From: an uncultured Candidatus Rokubacteria bacterium
Lineage (GTDB): Bacteria > Methylomirabilota > Methylomirabilia > Rokubacteriales > CSP1-6
Assembly: GCA_963789955.1 (NCBI GenBank)
Contig: CAWBMV010000001.1
Coordinates: 608,001 to 672,000 of the forward strand
Length of the DNA stretch: 64,000 bases
Reading direction: 5' to 3'
The position numbers were made by a program, and so were the translations under genes. Shown here piece by piece: positions 48,505 to 63,187 of this stretch. Within the stretch, counting starts at the first letter, position 1, and each line of letters starts with the position of its first letter. A model generated the notes under the pieces. That model saw only the letters and a program-made list of their open reading frames with translations. It made no database searches and had not been told where the DNA came from.

Positions 48505-50333
48505 GTGACCCTGAACGTCGGGTTGCCGCTCCTGGTCCTCGCGATGCCCTTCGTCTCCTTCCTGTTCCTGGCGATCGTGGGGCCGCTGCGCCGAACCGGT
48601 CGCGGGGCCGGCCTGGTGTCGATCGCCGCGATCGCGATCTCGTTCGCCGCCGCGGTGTTCGTGTGGACTCAAGGCTTCGTCGCGGAGCAGACGTGGCCCT
48701 GGATCCCGGCCGACGGCGGGCCGATCGCCACCGTCGGGGTGCTGGTCGACCCGCTCAGCAACACGATGCTCGTCCTGGTCACCCTGGTGTCGCTCCTCGT
48801 GCAGATCTACTCGCTCGCGTATCTCAGCGACGAGCGCCCGGCGCCGCTCGGTCGCTACTACACGTACCAGTCGCTCTTCGTCTTCTCGATGCTCGGTCTC
48901 GTGCTCGCCGCCGGGGTTCCTCCAGATGTTCGTCTTCTGGGAGCTGGTCGGGCTCTGCTCGTATCTGCTGATCGGCTTCTGGTACGAGCGGCCCGCGGCC
49001 GCGCGCGCGGCGGTGAAGGCGTTCTGGATCACCAAGCTCGGCGACGTCGGCTTCATCGTCGGCATCGTGCTCCTGTGGTCGGCCACCGGCACCTTCGAGT
49101 TCACGGAGCTCTTCGAGAAGGCGGAGCAGAACGCGCTGGCCGTGCCGGGCCTCGCGGTGATCATGTTCCTCATCTATCTCGGCGCCGTGGGTAAATCGGC
49201 CCAGTTCCCGCTGCACGTGTGGCTCCCCGACGCGATGGAGGGGCCGACGCCGGTGTCGGCGCTCATCCACGCCGCGACGATGGTGACGGCGGGCGTCTAC
49301 ATGGTGACGCGGACCGAGCCGCTGTTCGCGCTGGTCCCCGGGGTCTTGACCCTGATCGCCTGGGTGGGCGCGTTCACCGCGCTGCTGGCCGCGACGATGG
49401 CGTGCGTCGAGGGCGACATCAAGCGCGTGCTCGCGTACTCGACCGTCTCGCAGCTCGGCTACATGATGGCGGCCGCGGGCGCCGGCGCCGCGCCCGCGGG
49501 GTTCCTCCATCTGCTCACGCACGGGCTCTTCAAGGCGCTCCTGTTCCTCGGCCGCCGGCGCGGTGATCCACGCGGTCGGGACCAACGACATCTTCCGCAT
49601 GGGCGGCCTGTTCCGGGCGATGCCGCAGACGGCCATCGTCTTCATCGTGGGGACGCTCGCGCTCGCCGGCGTGCCGCCGCTCGCGGGCTTCTTCTCGAAG
49701 GAAGCCGTGCTCGGGGGCGTGTGGGAGGCGCATCTCGCGGGGCCGTTCCTGATGCTGGCGCTCACCGCGTTGCTGACGGCCTTCTACATGTTCCGCGTCG
49801 TCTTCGTCACGTTCTTCGGCCGCGCGCACGCAGGCGGCGCATCCGCACGAGGCGCCGTGGCTGATGCGCGGGCCGCTGTGGCTCCTCGCGGCGCTCACGC
49901 TCGCGTACGGGATCCGTTCTGGCGCTTCGCCGGCGGCGAAGCCGCGGAGGAGGCGCCGGCCTGGCTGCCGCCGCTCTCGATCGGGCTGGCCCTCGCCGGC
50001 TTCGCGCTCGCCTGGGCGATGTATCAGCGCGGCGCGATCGATCCCGCGCGCGTCGCCTCGGCGCTGGCACCGCTCGACTACCTCGCGCGGCGGCGCTACG
50101 GGCTCGACGCCCTCTACGCGGGCCTCTACCGCGGAATCATCCTCGGCTTCTCGCGCCTGATCGGCTGGATCGACCGCTACTTCGTCGACGGCATCCTCAA
50201 CGCGCTGACGGCGCTCACGCTGCGGGCCGGTGACGGCCTGCGACACATCCAGACCGGTCGGGCGCAGGACTACGTCTACGGCGTGGCCTTCGGCGTGCTC
50301 CTGCTCTTCGTCTGGGCCCAGCTATGGCGCTGA
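48505..50333 (+). CDS. nuoL: NADH-quinone oxidoreductase subunit L (frameshifts near 48912, 49553, 49840, 49915)
   Basis: [65 protein letters not shown]. Confidence 0.95.
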
Positions 50334-51856
50334 CCGTGCCGATCCTCTCGATCATCACGTGGTCGCCGTTCGTCGGCGCGCTGCTCATCATGTTCACGGC
50401 GCGCCACAGCCCTCGCGCCGTGCGCCTCATCTCGGTCGTGACGACCTCCATCTCGGCGGTCCTGTCGCTGTGGATCTACGTGGCCTACGAGCGCGAGACG
50501 GCCGGGTTCCAGTTCTACGAGAAGGTGCCGCTGGTGCCGCCGCTCGGCATCTCGTACGAGCTCGGCGTCGACGGCATCAGCCTCTTGATGGTGCTGCTGA
50601 CGTCGATCATCATCATGGCCGGCGTGTTCGCGTCGTGGACCGTGACGGTCCGGAGCCAGGAGTTCTACGCGCTGCTGCTGGCGCTCGTCACCGGCGTCTA
50701 CGGCGTGTTCGTGTCGCTCGATCTCTTCGTCCTGTTCCTGTTCTACGAGCTCGCGGTGCTGCCGATGTACCTGCTGATCGGGATCTGGGGCTCGACGGGC
50801 GAGGTGCGGCCGCGTGGAATCTTCGCGTGGGCGTTCCGGGAGACCGGGGTCGGGACGAAGGAATACGCGGCGATGAAGCTGACGCTCTACCTCCTGTTCG
50901 GCTCCGCGTTCATCCTGGTCGGCATCCTCGCCCTCTACGTCAACGCCGGCTCCGGCTCGTTCTCGTTCCTCGATTTCGAGGCGACCGCGTTCCCGCGCTC
51001 GCTGCAGCGCTGGGTGTTCCTGGCGTTCTACGTCGGCTTCGGCGTCCTCGCCGGCATCTGGCCGCTGCACACGTGGTCGCCCGACGGTCACGCGTCGGCC
51101 CCGACGGCGGTCTCGATGCTCCACGCGGGCGTGCTCATGAAGCTCGGCGCGTACGGCGTCGTGCGGGTGGGGATGGGGTTACTGCCCGATGGCGCGGTGG
51201 ATCTCTCCTGGCTGGTCGGCACGATCGCGTGCGTGAACATCGTCTACGGCGCGCTCTCGTCGATGGCGCAGACGGACCTCAAGTACGTCATCGCGTACTC
51301 GTCCGTCTCGCACATGGGAATCGTCATGCTCGGCGCCGCGACCCTGACCGAGGCGGGGCTCAACGGCTCGGTGTTCCAGATGTTCGCCCACGGCGTCATG
51401 ACGGGGCTGTTCTTCGCGCTGGTCGGCCTGGTCTACGAGAAGTCGCACTCGCGCGAGATCGGCAAGATGGGCGGGTTCGGCAAGGTCATGCCGGGCATCG
51501 CGACCGCGTTCACGATCGGCGGTCTTTCGTCCCTGGGACTGCCGGCCACCGCCGGCTTCGTCGCCGAGCTCCTGACCTTCCTGGGGTCGTGGCGCTCCGC
51601 GCATTCGTGGTGGCTCTATCCCGCCGTCGCGGGAACGTTCTTGACCGCCGTGTACGTGCTGCGCGTCGTCAAGCAGATCTTCTGGGGGCCGCCCTCGCCC
51701 CACTTCCACGATCTCGTGGACGCGCGCGGGCCCGAGTGGGTCGCGCTGGTGATGCTCGTCGCCGTGCTGGTGCTCTTCGGCATGGTGCCGGGGCTCGCGA
51801 TCGCGCCGATCGACACGGCGACGGTGCCGCTCCTGGCGCGGATCGTGACCCCGTGA
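50324..51856 (+). CDS. nuoM: NADH-quinone oxidoreductase subunit M
   Basis: LGVDGIS, FYEL..LPMY, PLHTW.PD.H..APT..S, LMKLG.YG, IAYSSVSHMG, GLP...GFV.E. Confidence 0.95.
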   Translation: MALTVPILSIITWSPFVGALLIMFTARHSPRAVRLISVVTTSISAVLSLWIYVAYERETAGFQFYEKVPLVPPLGISYELGVDGISLLMVLLTSIIIMAGVFASWTVTVRSQEFYALLLALVTGVYGVFVSLDLFVLFLFYELAVLPMYLLIGIWGSTGEVRPRGIFAWAFRETGVGTKEYAAMKLTLYLLFGSAFILVGILALYVNAGSGSFSFLDFEATAFPRSLQRWVFLAFYVGFGVLAGIWPLHTWSPDGHASAPTAVSMLHAGVLMKLGAYGVVRVGMGLLPDGAVDLSWLVGTIACVNIVYGALSSMAQTDLKYVIAYSSVSHMGIVMLGAATLTEAGLNGSVFQMFAHGVMTGLFFALVGLVYEKSHSREIGKMGGFGKVMPGIATAFTIGGLSSLGLPATAGFVAELLTFLGSWRSAHSWWLYPAVAGTFLTAVYVLRVVKQIFWGPPSPHFHDLVDARGPEWVALVMLVAVLVLFGMVPGLAIAPIDTATVPLLARIVTP

Positions 51857-53269
51857 AGCCCGTTCACCCTCGAGATCGGTCTCGGCATCCTCATGCTCGT
51901 CGTCTTCGCCGGCACCCTGACCGGCCGCGGCAACGATCGGCGATGGATCGCCTGGATCGCCACCGTCGGGAGTCCTGGCGGTCGGTGTCGTCAGCGCGCT
52001 CGTGAAGCCCACGGCGCCGGCGCTGTTCGGCATGTTCGTCCAGGACGCGCTCGCGATCTTCGCGAAGCGGCTCTTCCTGGTCGCGACCTTCATCGGGCTC
52101 CTGGCCGGGCATCTCCCGAGACGGCGTCGCGTGCGGCCGGCGCGGCGGCGAGTATCACCTGCTGCTCCTGTCCTCGCTCCTCGGCATGTGCGTGCTGTCG
52201 TCGGCTCGCGATCTGATCTTGTTGTTCGTCGCGTTCGAGCTGATGTCGATCCCGCTCTACGTGCTCGCGGGCTTCGTCAAGAGCCAGGACGAATCGGTCG
52301 AGGCGGCGCTCAAGTTCTTCCTGGTGGGCAGCGTCTCCTCGGCGGTGATGGCCTACGGACTCTCGTTCGTGTACGGCGCGACGCGGCACGACCGATCTGG
52401 CGCGGGTGGCCCAGACCTTCTCGGTCGGCCAGCCGCTCCTGCTGCTCGGGCTGCTCGCGGTGTTCGCGGGCTTCGCGTTCAAGATCGCGGCCTTCCCGTT
52501 CCACATGTGGGTGCCCGACACGTACGAGGCGGCCTCCACGCCCTTCGTGGCGTGGCTCTCGGTGGCCCCGAAGGCGGCCGGCTTCGTCGCGCTGTTCCGC
52601 GTCTACTTCGAGGGCACGGGCGAGCGGGCGGTGGCGTGGATGCCGATCGCGGCGGGCCTCGCGGCGGTCACGATCGTCGCCGGCAACCTGATGGCGCTGC
52701 CGCAGCAGAACACCAAGCGCCTCCTCGCGTACTCCGGCATCGCGCACATCGGCTACATGCTCGTCGGCTTCGCCGCGGCGTCCGCGTCGGGCATGGCGAT
52801 GGTGCTCTTCTACCTGGTGGCCTACGTGTTCGGGAACATGGGCGCGTTCCTGGTCGTCGAGGCGGTCGCGCGCTCGGAGCGCTCGGAGGCGACGGCCGCG
52901 CTGCGCGGTCTCGCCCAGCGCTCGCCGCTGCTGGCGCTCGCGATGCTGCTGTTCTTGCTCTCGCTCGGCGGCATCCCGTTCGTGGCGGGCTTCTGGGCGA
53001 AGCTCTACGTGTTCTGGGCGGCCGCCGCCGCGGGCCTCTACTGGCTCGTGCTCGTCGGCGCCGTGCTGACGGTCGTCGCGCTCTTCTACTACCTCGTCGT
53101 CGCCAAGCGCATGTACATCGAGCCGCCCGAGGCGTCCGCCGGGCGGATCCGTCCCACCGGCACGCTCGCCCTGGCAGTCATCCTCTGCGCGCTCGGCGTG
53201 GTCGCGCTCGGTGTGTATCCCAAGCCGATCGTGATGGCGGCGCTGCGGATCGCCACACCGCTCTTCTAA
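51853..53269 (+). CDS. nuoN: NADH-quinone oxidoreductase subunit N (several frameshifts, 51860-52395)
   Basis: ELMSIPLY.L, EAALKFF, FK....PFHMWVPD.YE, KRLLAYS.IAH.GY, SL.GIP...GF..K. Confidence 0.94.
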
Positions 53270-53377
53270 GCTCACGACTCCCGCCTGCCGTGCGGGCGCC
53301 GTCCGCTCCCGCGCGCGTCGACACTTCGGCGGCGATTGAATCGAATAGTCAATATTGTTACGATTCACCTCCATGTC

Positions 53378-53427
53378 TTGACAGCTCGGATTTCGCCGAG
53401 TATTTTTTGTACCGACTGGTCAGTACA
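53378..53427 (+). promoter_or_regulatory. sigma70 promoter with overlapping palindromic TetR operator
   Basis: TTGACA-N17-TATTTT (53378-53406), then inverted repeat TGTACcGACtgGTCaGTACA (53408-53427) just before the ATG. Confidence 0.75.
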
Positions 53428-53428
53428 C

Positions 53429-54061
53429 ATGACGACAAAGACGACGGAGAACGGAAAGGTTCGGGAAGGCCGTTCGACCCGCGAGGCGATCCTCGAGGCG
53501 GCGAGCCGACTGATCCACGTGCACGGCTACAACAACACGTCGCTGGACGACGTGCTGCGTGAGAGCGGCGTCGGCAAGGGGAACTTCTACTACTACTTCA
53601 AGAGCAAGGAAGACCTCGGCTACGCCATCCTGGATCAGATCATCGGCTCGTTCCTCGAGCGCACGCTCGAGCCGTGCTTCTCGGATCCCGAAGGGCCGGC
53701 GCTCGGGCAGATCCGATGCTTCCTCGATCGGCTCCTCGAGACCCAGCGCGCGCGCAACTGCGTCGGCGGCTGCCCGCTCGGCAATCTCGCCTCCGAGCTG
53801 TCCGACGTGCACGAAGGCTTCCGCGAGCGCCTCGCCTCGGTGTTCGCCGCGTGGCGCGAGCGGCTGACCCTCGTCCTGCGCTCGGCGCAGAACCGGGGCA
53901 CGGTCGATGCTTCGTGCCGGCCCGAGGCGGTCGCCGATTTTCTCGTCGCGTCGCTCGAGGGCGCGATTCTGCTGACGAAGCTGACGAAAGACATCGCCGT
54001 CATGGAGCAATGCGTGGCGGAGACGAAGCGTTATCTGTCGCTGTTCGAGCCGAGGGTATGA
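53429..54061 (+). CDS. TetR/AcrR family regulator (NemR/LmrA-like)
   Basis: REAILEAA..L....GY..TS.DD.....GV.KG.FYYYFKSKEDL; C-terminal GCPLGNL..ELS. Confidence 0.93.
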   Translation: MTTKTTENGKVREGRSTREAILEAASRLIHVHGYNNTSLDDVLRESGVGKGNFYYYFKSKEDLGYAILDQIIGSFLERTLEPCFSDPEGPALGQIRCFLDRLLETQRARNCVGGCPLGNLASELSDVHEGFRERLASVFAAWRERLTLVLRSAQNRGTVDASCRPEAVADFLVASLEGAILLTKLTKDIAVMEQCVAETKRYLSLFEPRV

Positions 54062-54666
54062 CGGTCATGGACAGGACGAAGCCGGACGGCGACGCCGCCC
54101 TCGTCGAGGCGCTGCGGCGCGAGGATCCAGAAGCTCCGGAGCAGCTGGTGGAGACGTACGGCGACCGCGTCTATCGGCTCGCCCTGCGTATCACCGGATC
54201 GAACGAGGATGCCGAAGAAGCGGCGCAGGACGCGCTGTGGACGGCCGCGCGGAAGATCTCCACGTTCAAGGGCGAGTCCGCCTTCGGGAGCTGGCTCTAC
54301 CGCATCGCCGCGAATGCCGCCTATCAGAAGCTGCGCGCGCGCCGGTCGAAGTCGCACGAGATCGCGATCGAGGACGTCTTGCCGACATTCGACGACGACG
54401 GCCGGCACTTCGAGCCGATGGCCGACTGGTCGGATCGGGTCGACGAGCAGGCGCTCCAGGGCGAGCTGCGCCGGGTGCTGGGTGACGCGATCGACCGGCT
54501 GCCGCCGGACTATCGCACGGCCCTCGTGCTCCACGACGTCGAAGGCCTGTCGAATCCGGACATCGCCGAGGCGCTCGGGATCAGCCTGCCGGCCGTGAAG
54601 TCGCGGGTGCATCGCTCGCGCCTCTTCGTGCGCAAGAGCCTCGCCGAGTACATGAAGACGGCCTGA
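54058..54666 (+). CDS. ECF RNA polymerase sigma factor (sigma-24/RpoE-like)
   Basis: DAEEAAQD, F.SWLYRIA.N, LP..YR..LVL.D.EGLS...IA..LGIS...VKSRVHR.R; ATGA overlap with TetR. Confidence 0.93.
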   Translation: MTVMDRTKPDGDAALVEALRREDPEAPEQLVETYGDRVYRLALRITGSNEDAEEAAQDALWTAARKISTFKGESAFGSWLYRIAANAAYQKLRARRSKSHEIAIEDVLPTFDDDGRHFEPMADWSDRVDEQALQGELRRVLGDAIDRLPPDYRTALVLHDVEGLSNPDIAEALGISLPAVKSRVHRSRLFVRKSLAEYMKTA

Positions 54667-54761
54667 GGCCCTTCGAGCCGACGCTCGCTGGTTGACGCAG
54701 GGCGTCGGCTTGTGGTCTCATGGACGCTCGTCGAAGTCACCGGAAGAGAAAGGTCTGAGCC

Positions 54762-55073
54762 ATGGAAGCCGTGATCGCGACCGGAGGTAAGCAGTACTGC
54801 GTGACGACCGGGCAGGTCATCTCGGTCGAGAAGCTGCCGGGCGAGAAGGGCGCGGCCGTCGAGTTCAAGTCGGTGCTGCTCGTGAACCGTGACGGCCAGG
54901 TGATCTCGGGTGAAAAAGCGCTCAGCCGCGCGAAGGTGTCCGGTGAGGTCGTGGCTCAGGGTCGTCGCCGCAAGGTCAGAGTCGTGAAGTTCAAGCGCCG
55001 GAAGAACTATCGCCGGAACCGCGGCCACCGCCAGGCGGCCACGACGGTCCGGATCACGAAGATCGAGGTCTAG
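54762..55073 (+). CDS. rplU: 50S ribosomal protein L21
   Basis: AVI.TGGKQY.V, K.KRRK.Y....GHRQ. Confidence 0.97.
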   Translation: MEAVIATGGKQYCVTTGQVISVEKLPGEKGAAVEFKSVLLVNRDGQVISGEKALSRAKVSGEVVAQGRRRKVRVVKFKRRKNYRRNRGHRQAATTVRITKIEV

Positions 55074-55079
55074 GACGCG

Positions 55080-57561
<2,482 letters not shown>

Positions 57562-57647
57562 GCAGTGCGCGCTGCAGGCCGTCGCGGGGCTGGGACCCCG
57601 CCGGCCGAGGCGCGCCTATAGCCAAAGACAAAGAGACAAAGCTGGGG

Positions 57648-58907
57648 ATGACGATGGACCCGAGAGCCCTGATCGAGATCCGCGCGCGGTCGGCGCGGGC
57701 CGCGGCCCGCGCGATGGCGCTCTGCCCGACGAAGACGAAGAACGAGGCGCTGCAGCAGATGGCGCGCGGGCTCGTCGAGAAGAGCCAGGTGTTGCTCGAG
57801 GCCAATCGCGCCGACGTCGAGCGGGCGCGTGGTCGCGTCGCGAAGGCGTTTCTCGATCGGCTGACGCTCACCGAGTCGCGGATCGAGGAGATGGCCCAGG
57901 GGCTGCGGGAGATCGCGACCTTGCCGGATCCGGTCGGCGCCGTCGTCGAGTCGTGGCGCCGTCCCAACGGCATCGAGATCTCGCGTGTTCGGGTGCCGCT
58001 CGGGGTGGTCGGCTTCATCTACGAGTCGCGCCCGAACGTCACCGCCGACGCCGCCGGCCTCTGCGTGAAATCGGGCAACGCGGTCGTCCTGCGCGGCGGC
58101 AGCGAGGCGATCGAGTCGAACATCGCCATCGCGGCCGTCCTGGCGAAGGCCCTCGAGAAAGTGGGCGCGCCCGCCGACGCGGTGCAGTTCGTCGACACCA
58201 CGGACCGCGCCGCGGTGGCGGCGCTGCTCGAGCTCGACGAGCTCGTGGACCTGATCATCCCGCGGGGCGGCGAGGAGCTCGTGCGGTGGGTGAGCCGCAA
58301 CTCGCGCGTGCCCGTGCTGAAGCACGACAAGGGAGTCGTGCACGCCTTCGTCGACGCCGATGCCGACCCCGCGATGGCCGGCACGATCGTGGTCAACGCG
58401 AAGGCGCAGCGGCCGAGCGTGTGCAACGCGCTCGAGACCCTGCTGGTGCATCGCGCGATCGCCCCGAGCCTGCTGCCGTCCCTGGCGACGCGCCTCGCCG
58501 AAGCCGGCGTCGCGCTCCGCGGGTGCCCGCAGACCGTCGCGCTGGTGCCCGGGATGACCGCCGCGACCGACGCCGACTGGGACGCCGAGTACCTGGACCT
58601 GATTCTCTCGATCCGCGTGGTCGACGATCTCGACGCGGCGATCGAGCACATCGCGCGACACGGCACGGGCCTCGCCGAAGTGATCGTGACCAACGATCTG
58701 GCCCACGCCCGCCGCTTCACTCGGGAAGTCGACGCGGCCGCCGTGCTCGTGAACGCGTCGACCCGGCTCGTGGACGGCGGCCAGTTCGGCATGGGCGCCG
58801 AGATGGGGATCTCGACGTCGCGGGTGCACGCCCGTGGCCCCGTCGGCGTGCGAGAGCTGACGACGACCAAGTTCGTCGTGCAGGGCGACGGGCAGGTGCG
58901 GGACTAA
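57648..58907 (+). CDS. proA: gamma-glutamyl phosphate reductase
   Basis: VPLGV...IYESRPNVT, LRGGSE, IIPRGG, CNALET, NASTR..DGG.FG.GAE.GIST...HARGP. Confidence 0.96.
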   Translation: MTMDPRALIEIRARSARAAARAMALCPTKTKNEALQQMARGLVEKSQVLLEANRADVERARGRVAKAFLDRLTLTESRIEEMAQGLREIATLPDPVGAVVESWRRPNGIEISRVRVPLGVVGFIYESRPNVTADAAGLCVKSGNAVVLRGGSEAIESNIAIAAVLAKALEKVGAPADAVQFVDTTDRAAVAALLELDELVDLIIPRGGEELVRWVSRNSRVPVLKHDKGVVHAFVDADADPAMAGTIVVNAKAQRPSVCNALETLLVHRAIAPSLLPSLATRLAEAGVALRGCPQTVALVPGMTAATDADWDAEYLDLILSIRVVDDLDAAIEHIARHGTGLAEVIVTNDLAHARRFTREVDAAAVLVNASTRLVDGGQFGMGAEMGISTSRVHARGPVGVRELTTTKFVVQGDGQVRD

Positions 58908-58943
58908 GTGCGGCTCCCGATCGTGTCGACCCGGCTCTAGCGC

Positions 58944-59552
58944 GTGGCGCGTACGGCGGTCCTCGGCGGCTCGTTCAATCCGATCCACTACGGCCACTTG
59001 CTGCTCGCCGACGACGTGGCCGATCTGCTCGGCCTCGAGCGCGTGTTGTTCGTGCCCGCCGCGCGGCCGCCCCACAAGCCGAACGCCGATCTCGCGCCCG
59101 CGCAGGACCGGTACGCGATGGTCGAGCTGGCGATCGCCGGCCACCCGAAGTTCGCGGTCTCCGATCTCGAGTTCCGGCGGTCCGGGCCGTCGTACACCGT
59201 CGACACCCTCGAGGCGCTCGACATCTCGCGAACGGACCTGTTTCTGATCGTCGGCTCGGAGACGTTCCTCGATCTGCTCACGTGGCGCGCGCCCCGCCGG
59301 GTGGCCGAGCTCGCGCAGCTGATCGTCGTGCCACGGCTCGGCAGCGCGTTCGATCCGGAAAGCGCGGCGGCCCGGAAGGTCGTGCACGAGATCGGTCAGG
59401 AGCCTCTCGTCGTCCGCGCGAGCTCGCTGCCGATCTCGGCGTCGGATCTCCGGCGCCGGGTGCGCGAGGGGCGCTCCATCGCGTACCGGCTTCCCGAGGC
59501 CGTCGACGCGTACATTCGCGCGCGGCGCCTCTACCGGTCTGTCGAGTCGTGA
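58944..59552 (+). CDS. nadD: nicotinate-nucleotide adenylyltransferase
   Basis: GGSFNPIHYGH, PPHK, SYTVDTL, ISAS..R. Confidence 0.95.
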   Translation: MARTAVLGGSFNPIHYGHLLLADDVADLLGLERVLFVPAARPPHKPNADLAPAQDRYAMVELAIAGHPKFAVSDLEFRRSGPSYTVDTLEALDISRTDLFLIVGSETFLDLLTWRAPRRVAELAQLIVVPRLGSAFDPESAAARKVVHEIGQEPLVVRASSLPISASDLRRRVREGRSIAYRLPEAVDAYIRARRLYRSVES

Positions 59553-59905
59553 CCACGCCGACCGCCGAGTGGAAGGCCCGTCGCGCCGCCCGCGCCGCGC
59601 TGGACAAGCGCGCCGGTGATCTGGTGGTGCTCGACGTGCAGCGCGTGTCCAGCGTCACCGACTACTTCTTGATCTGCAGCGGCAAGTCGACGACTCATCT
59701 GGAGACGATCACGGACGCGATTCGCGCCGAGCTCCGGGGTGAAGGGGTCAACGTGCTGCACGCCGAAGGCGTCGCCGAGAGCGGCTGGGTCCTGCTCGAC
59801 TACGGGGACGTGCTGATGCACGTATTTCTGGAAGACACCCGCCTGTACTACGCGCTCGAGCGGTTGTGGGGTGACGCGCCGACGCTCACGCTCGAGGATT
59901 CGTGA
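59549..59905 (+). CDS. rsfS: ribosome silencing factor
   Basis: DK.A.D..VLDV, TDYF.ICSG, WVLLDYGDV..HVF....R..Y.LERLW. Confidence 0.95.
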   Translation: MTTPTAEWKARRAARAALDKRAGDLVVLDVQRVSSVTDYFLICSGKSTTHLETITDAIRAELRGEGVNVLHAEGVAESGWVLLDYGDVLMHVFLEDTRLYYALERLWGDAPTLTLEDS

Positions 59906-60007
59906 CGAAATGATGTCTCGCCGGCCCGTTGGTGTTGCGCGCTCTTGATGTGCATGCTAGCGTTGGTTTCTTGAGTGCGCGCCATCGTCGTACTGAAGGA
60001 GGCCGCG

Positions 60008-60373
60008 ATGCGCAAGGACCGGCTCGCATACTTCAAAAAGCAACTTGTCGAGAAGCAGCGGCAGCTGACCGAGGAGGTCGGCCGGACTGCTTTGTACGGG
60101 AAGGACGCGGAAGACGACTCGATCAAGGACCTGGGCGACCAGGCCAATACCGCGTACACGCGAGAGTTCTTCTTCGAGCTCGGCAACGGCGACCGTCGCT
60201 TGCTTCGCGACGTCGTCTCGGCCCTCCAGAAGCTCGACGATGGGGCGTTCGGGTCGTGCGAGCGGTGCAACGAGCCGATTTCCGAGAAACGGCTGGAGGC
60301 GCTGCCGTTCGCGCGTCACTGCATCGACTGCCAGCGGGTGATCGAGGAAGAGGAGCGCATGGCCACGGGCTAG
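60008..60373 (+). CDS. dksA: TraR/DksA family C4-type zinc finger protein
   Basis: GAAGGAGG RBS; D..DQA coiled-coil tip; FG.CERC...I...RLEALP.A..CIDCQ. Confidence 0.85.
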   Translation: MRKDRLAYFKKQLVEKQRQLTEEVGRTALYGKDAEDDSIKDLGDQANTAYTREFFFELGNGDRRLLRDVVSALQKLDDGAFGSCERCNEPISEKRLEALPFARHCIDCQRVIEEEERMATG

Positions 60374-60428
60374 TCGTGCCCCGCGCCGTCGCGCTCCCGC
60401 ACGGTCCGTCCCAGGAATCGCCGCGCCC

Positions 60429-61376
60429 GTGACGTTGCCGGCCTCGGTCCGTTCACTCCTGTCGATCGGCCTGACCCTCAAGAGCTTCTTCCAGGTGGGC
60501 GCGGGCCGGCGCGCCGAGGCCGACGACTCCTCCACCCTCGAGCTGCTCCAGCGCGCCCAGGAAGCGCGGCGCCTGGGCCGCTCCGACGAAGCCGCCACCC
60601 ACTATCGATTGGTCGTGCAGCGCCGCCGCGACCATCTCGGCGCCCTGCGGGGTCTCCGCGATCTCGCCGCCGAGGGCGGGCGATGGCGCGAGGCCCTGGA
60701 CGCGCAGCAGCGAGTCCTCGGCGCCGTCGGCTCGACCGAGCGCTCGCCCGAGACCGAATGGCTCGCCGCGATCTACTACGAGCTCGGCCGCGCGGAGGTC
60801 GCGCGGGCCAACGCGGGCGGCGCCCTGGCGCATTTCAAGAGCGCCTCGCGTGCCGATCGGTTCTTCCTGCCGGCGGCGCTCGCGCTCGGGGACGCCTACG
60901 AGCTGACCGGTGATCACCGGGAAGCGGTCCGCACCTGGGAGCGCGCGGCCGAGTCGTTACCGGCGCTGCCGCTCCTGGCCCGGCTCGAGCGGGCCTATCG
61001 GCAGGAGGGCCGCCCGAGTCGCATGATCGCCCTCTATCGTTCGGCGATCGACCGGGCGCCCGACGATCTGGCGCTGGCGGTCGCCCTCGGGCGGGTCTTT
61101 CTCGAGCTGGAGATGCTCGACGAGGCCGCGGACCAGTTCGAGAAGGTGGAAGTGCGCGCGCCCGGCTCCGCCGCTGTCCACGCGCTGCTCGGCGCCGTCT
61201 TCGAGCGCCGCGGCGAGACGCGCGAGGCCTTCGAGGAGTATCGTCGCGCCTTGCAGCTCGGGCACGCGTTCGACTGGCCGTATCGGTGCGACGCGTGCGG
61301 CGCGTCGGCTCCGATGTGGCAGGACCGCTGCGCTCAGTGCCGTCGCTGGAACGCGCTGCGCCCCGTCGGCGCCTAG
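60429..61376 (+). CDS. TPR protein with C-terminal rubredoxin-like motif (LapB/YciM-like)
   Basis: TPR repeats; YRCDACG....W..RC.QC..W. Confidence 0.8.
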   Translation: MTLPASVRSLLSIGLTLKSFFQVGAGRRAEADDSSTLELLQRAQEARRLGRSDEAATHYRLVVQRRRDHLGALRGLRDLAAEGGRWREALDAQQRVLGAVGSTERSPETEWLAAIYYELGRAEVARANAGGALAHFKSASRADRFFLPAALALGDAYELTGDHREAVRTWERAAESLPALPLLARLERAYRQEGRPSRMIALYRSAIDRAPDDLALAVALGRVFLELEMLDEAADQFEKVEVRAPGSAAVHALLGAVFERRGETREAFEEYRRALQLGHAFDWPYRCDACGASAPMWQDRCAQCRRWNALRPVGA

Positions 61377-61388
61377 CTCTCCGCATTC

Positions 61389-63187
<1,799 letters not shown>

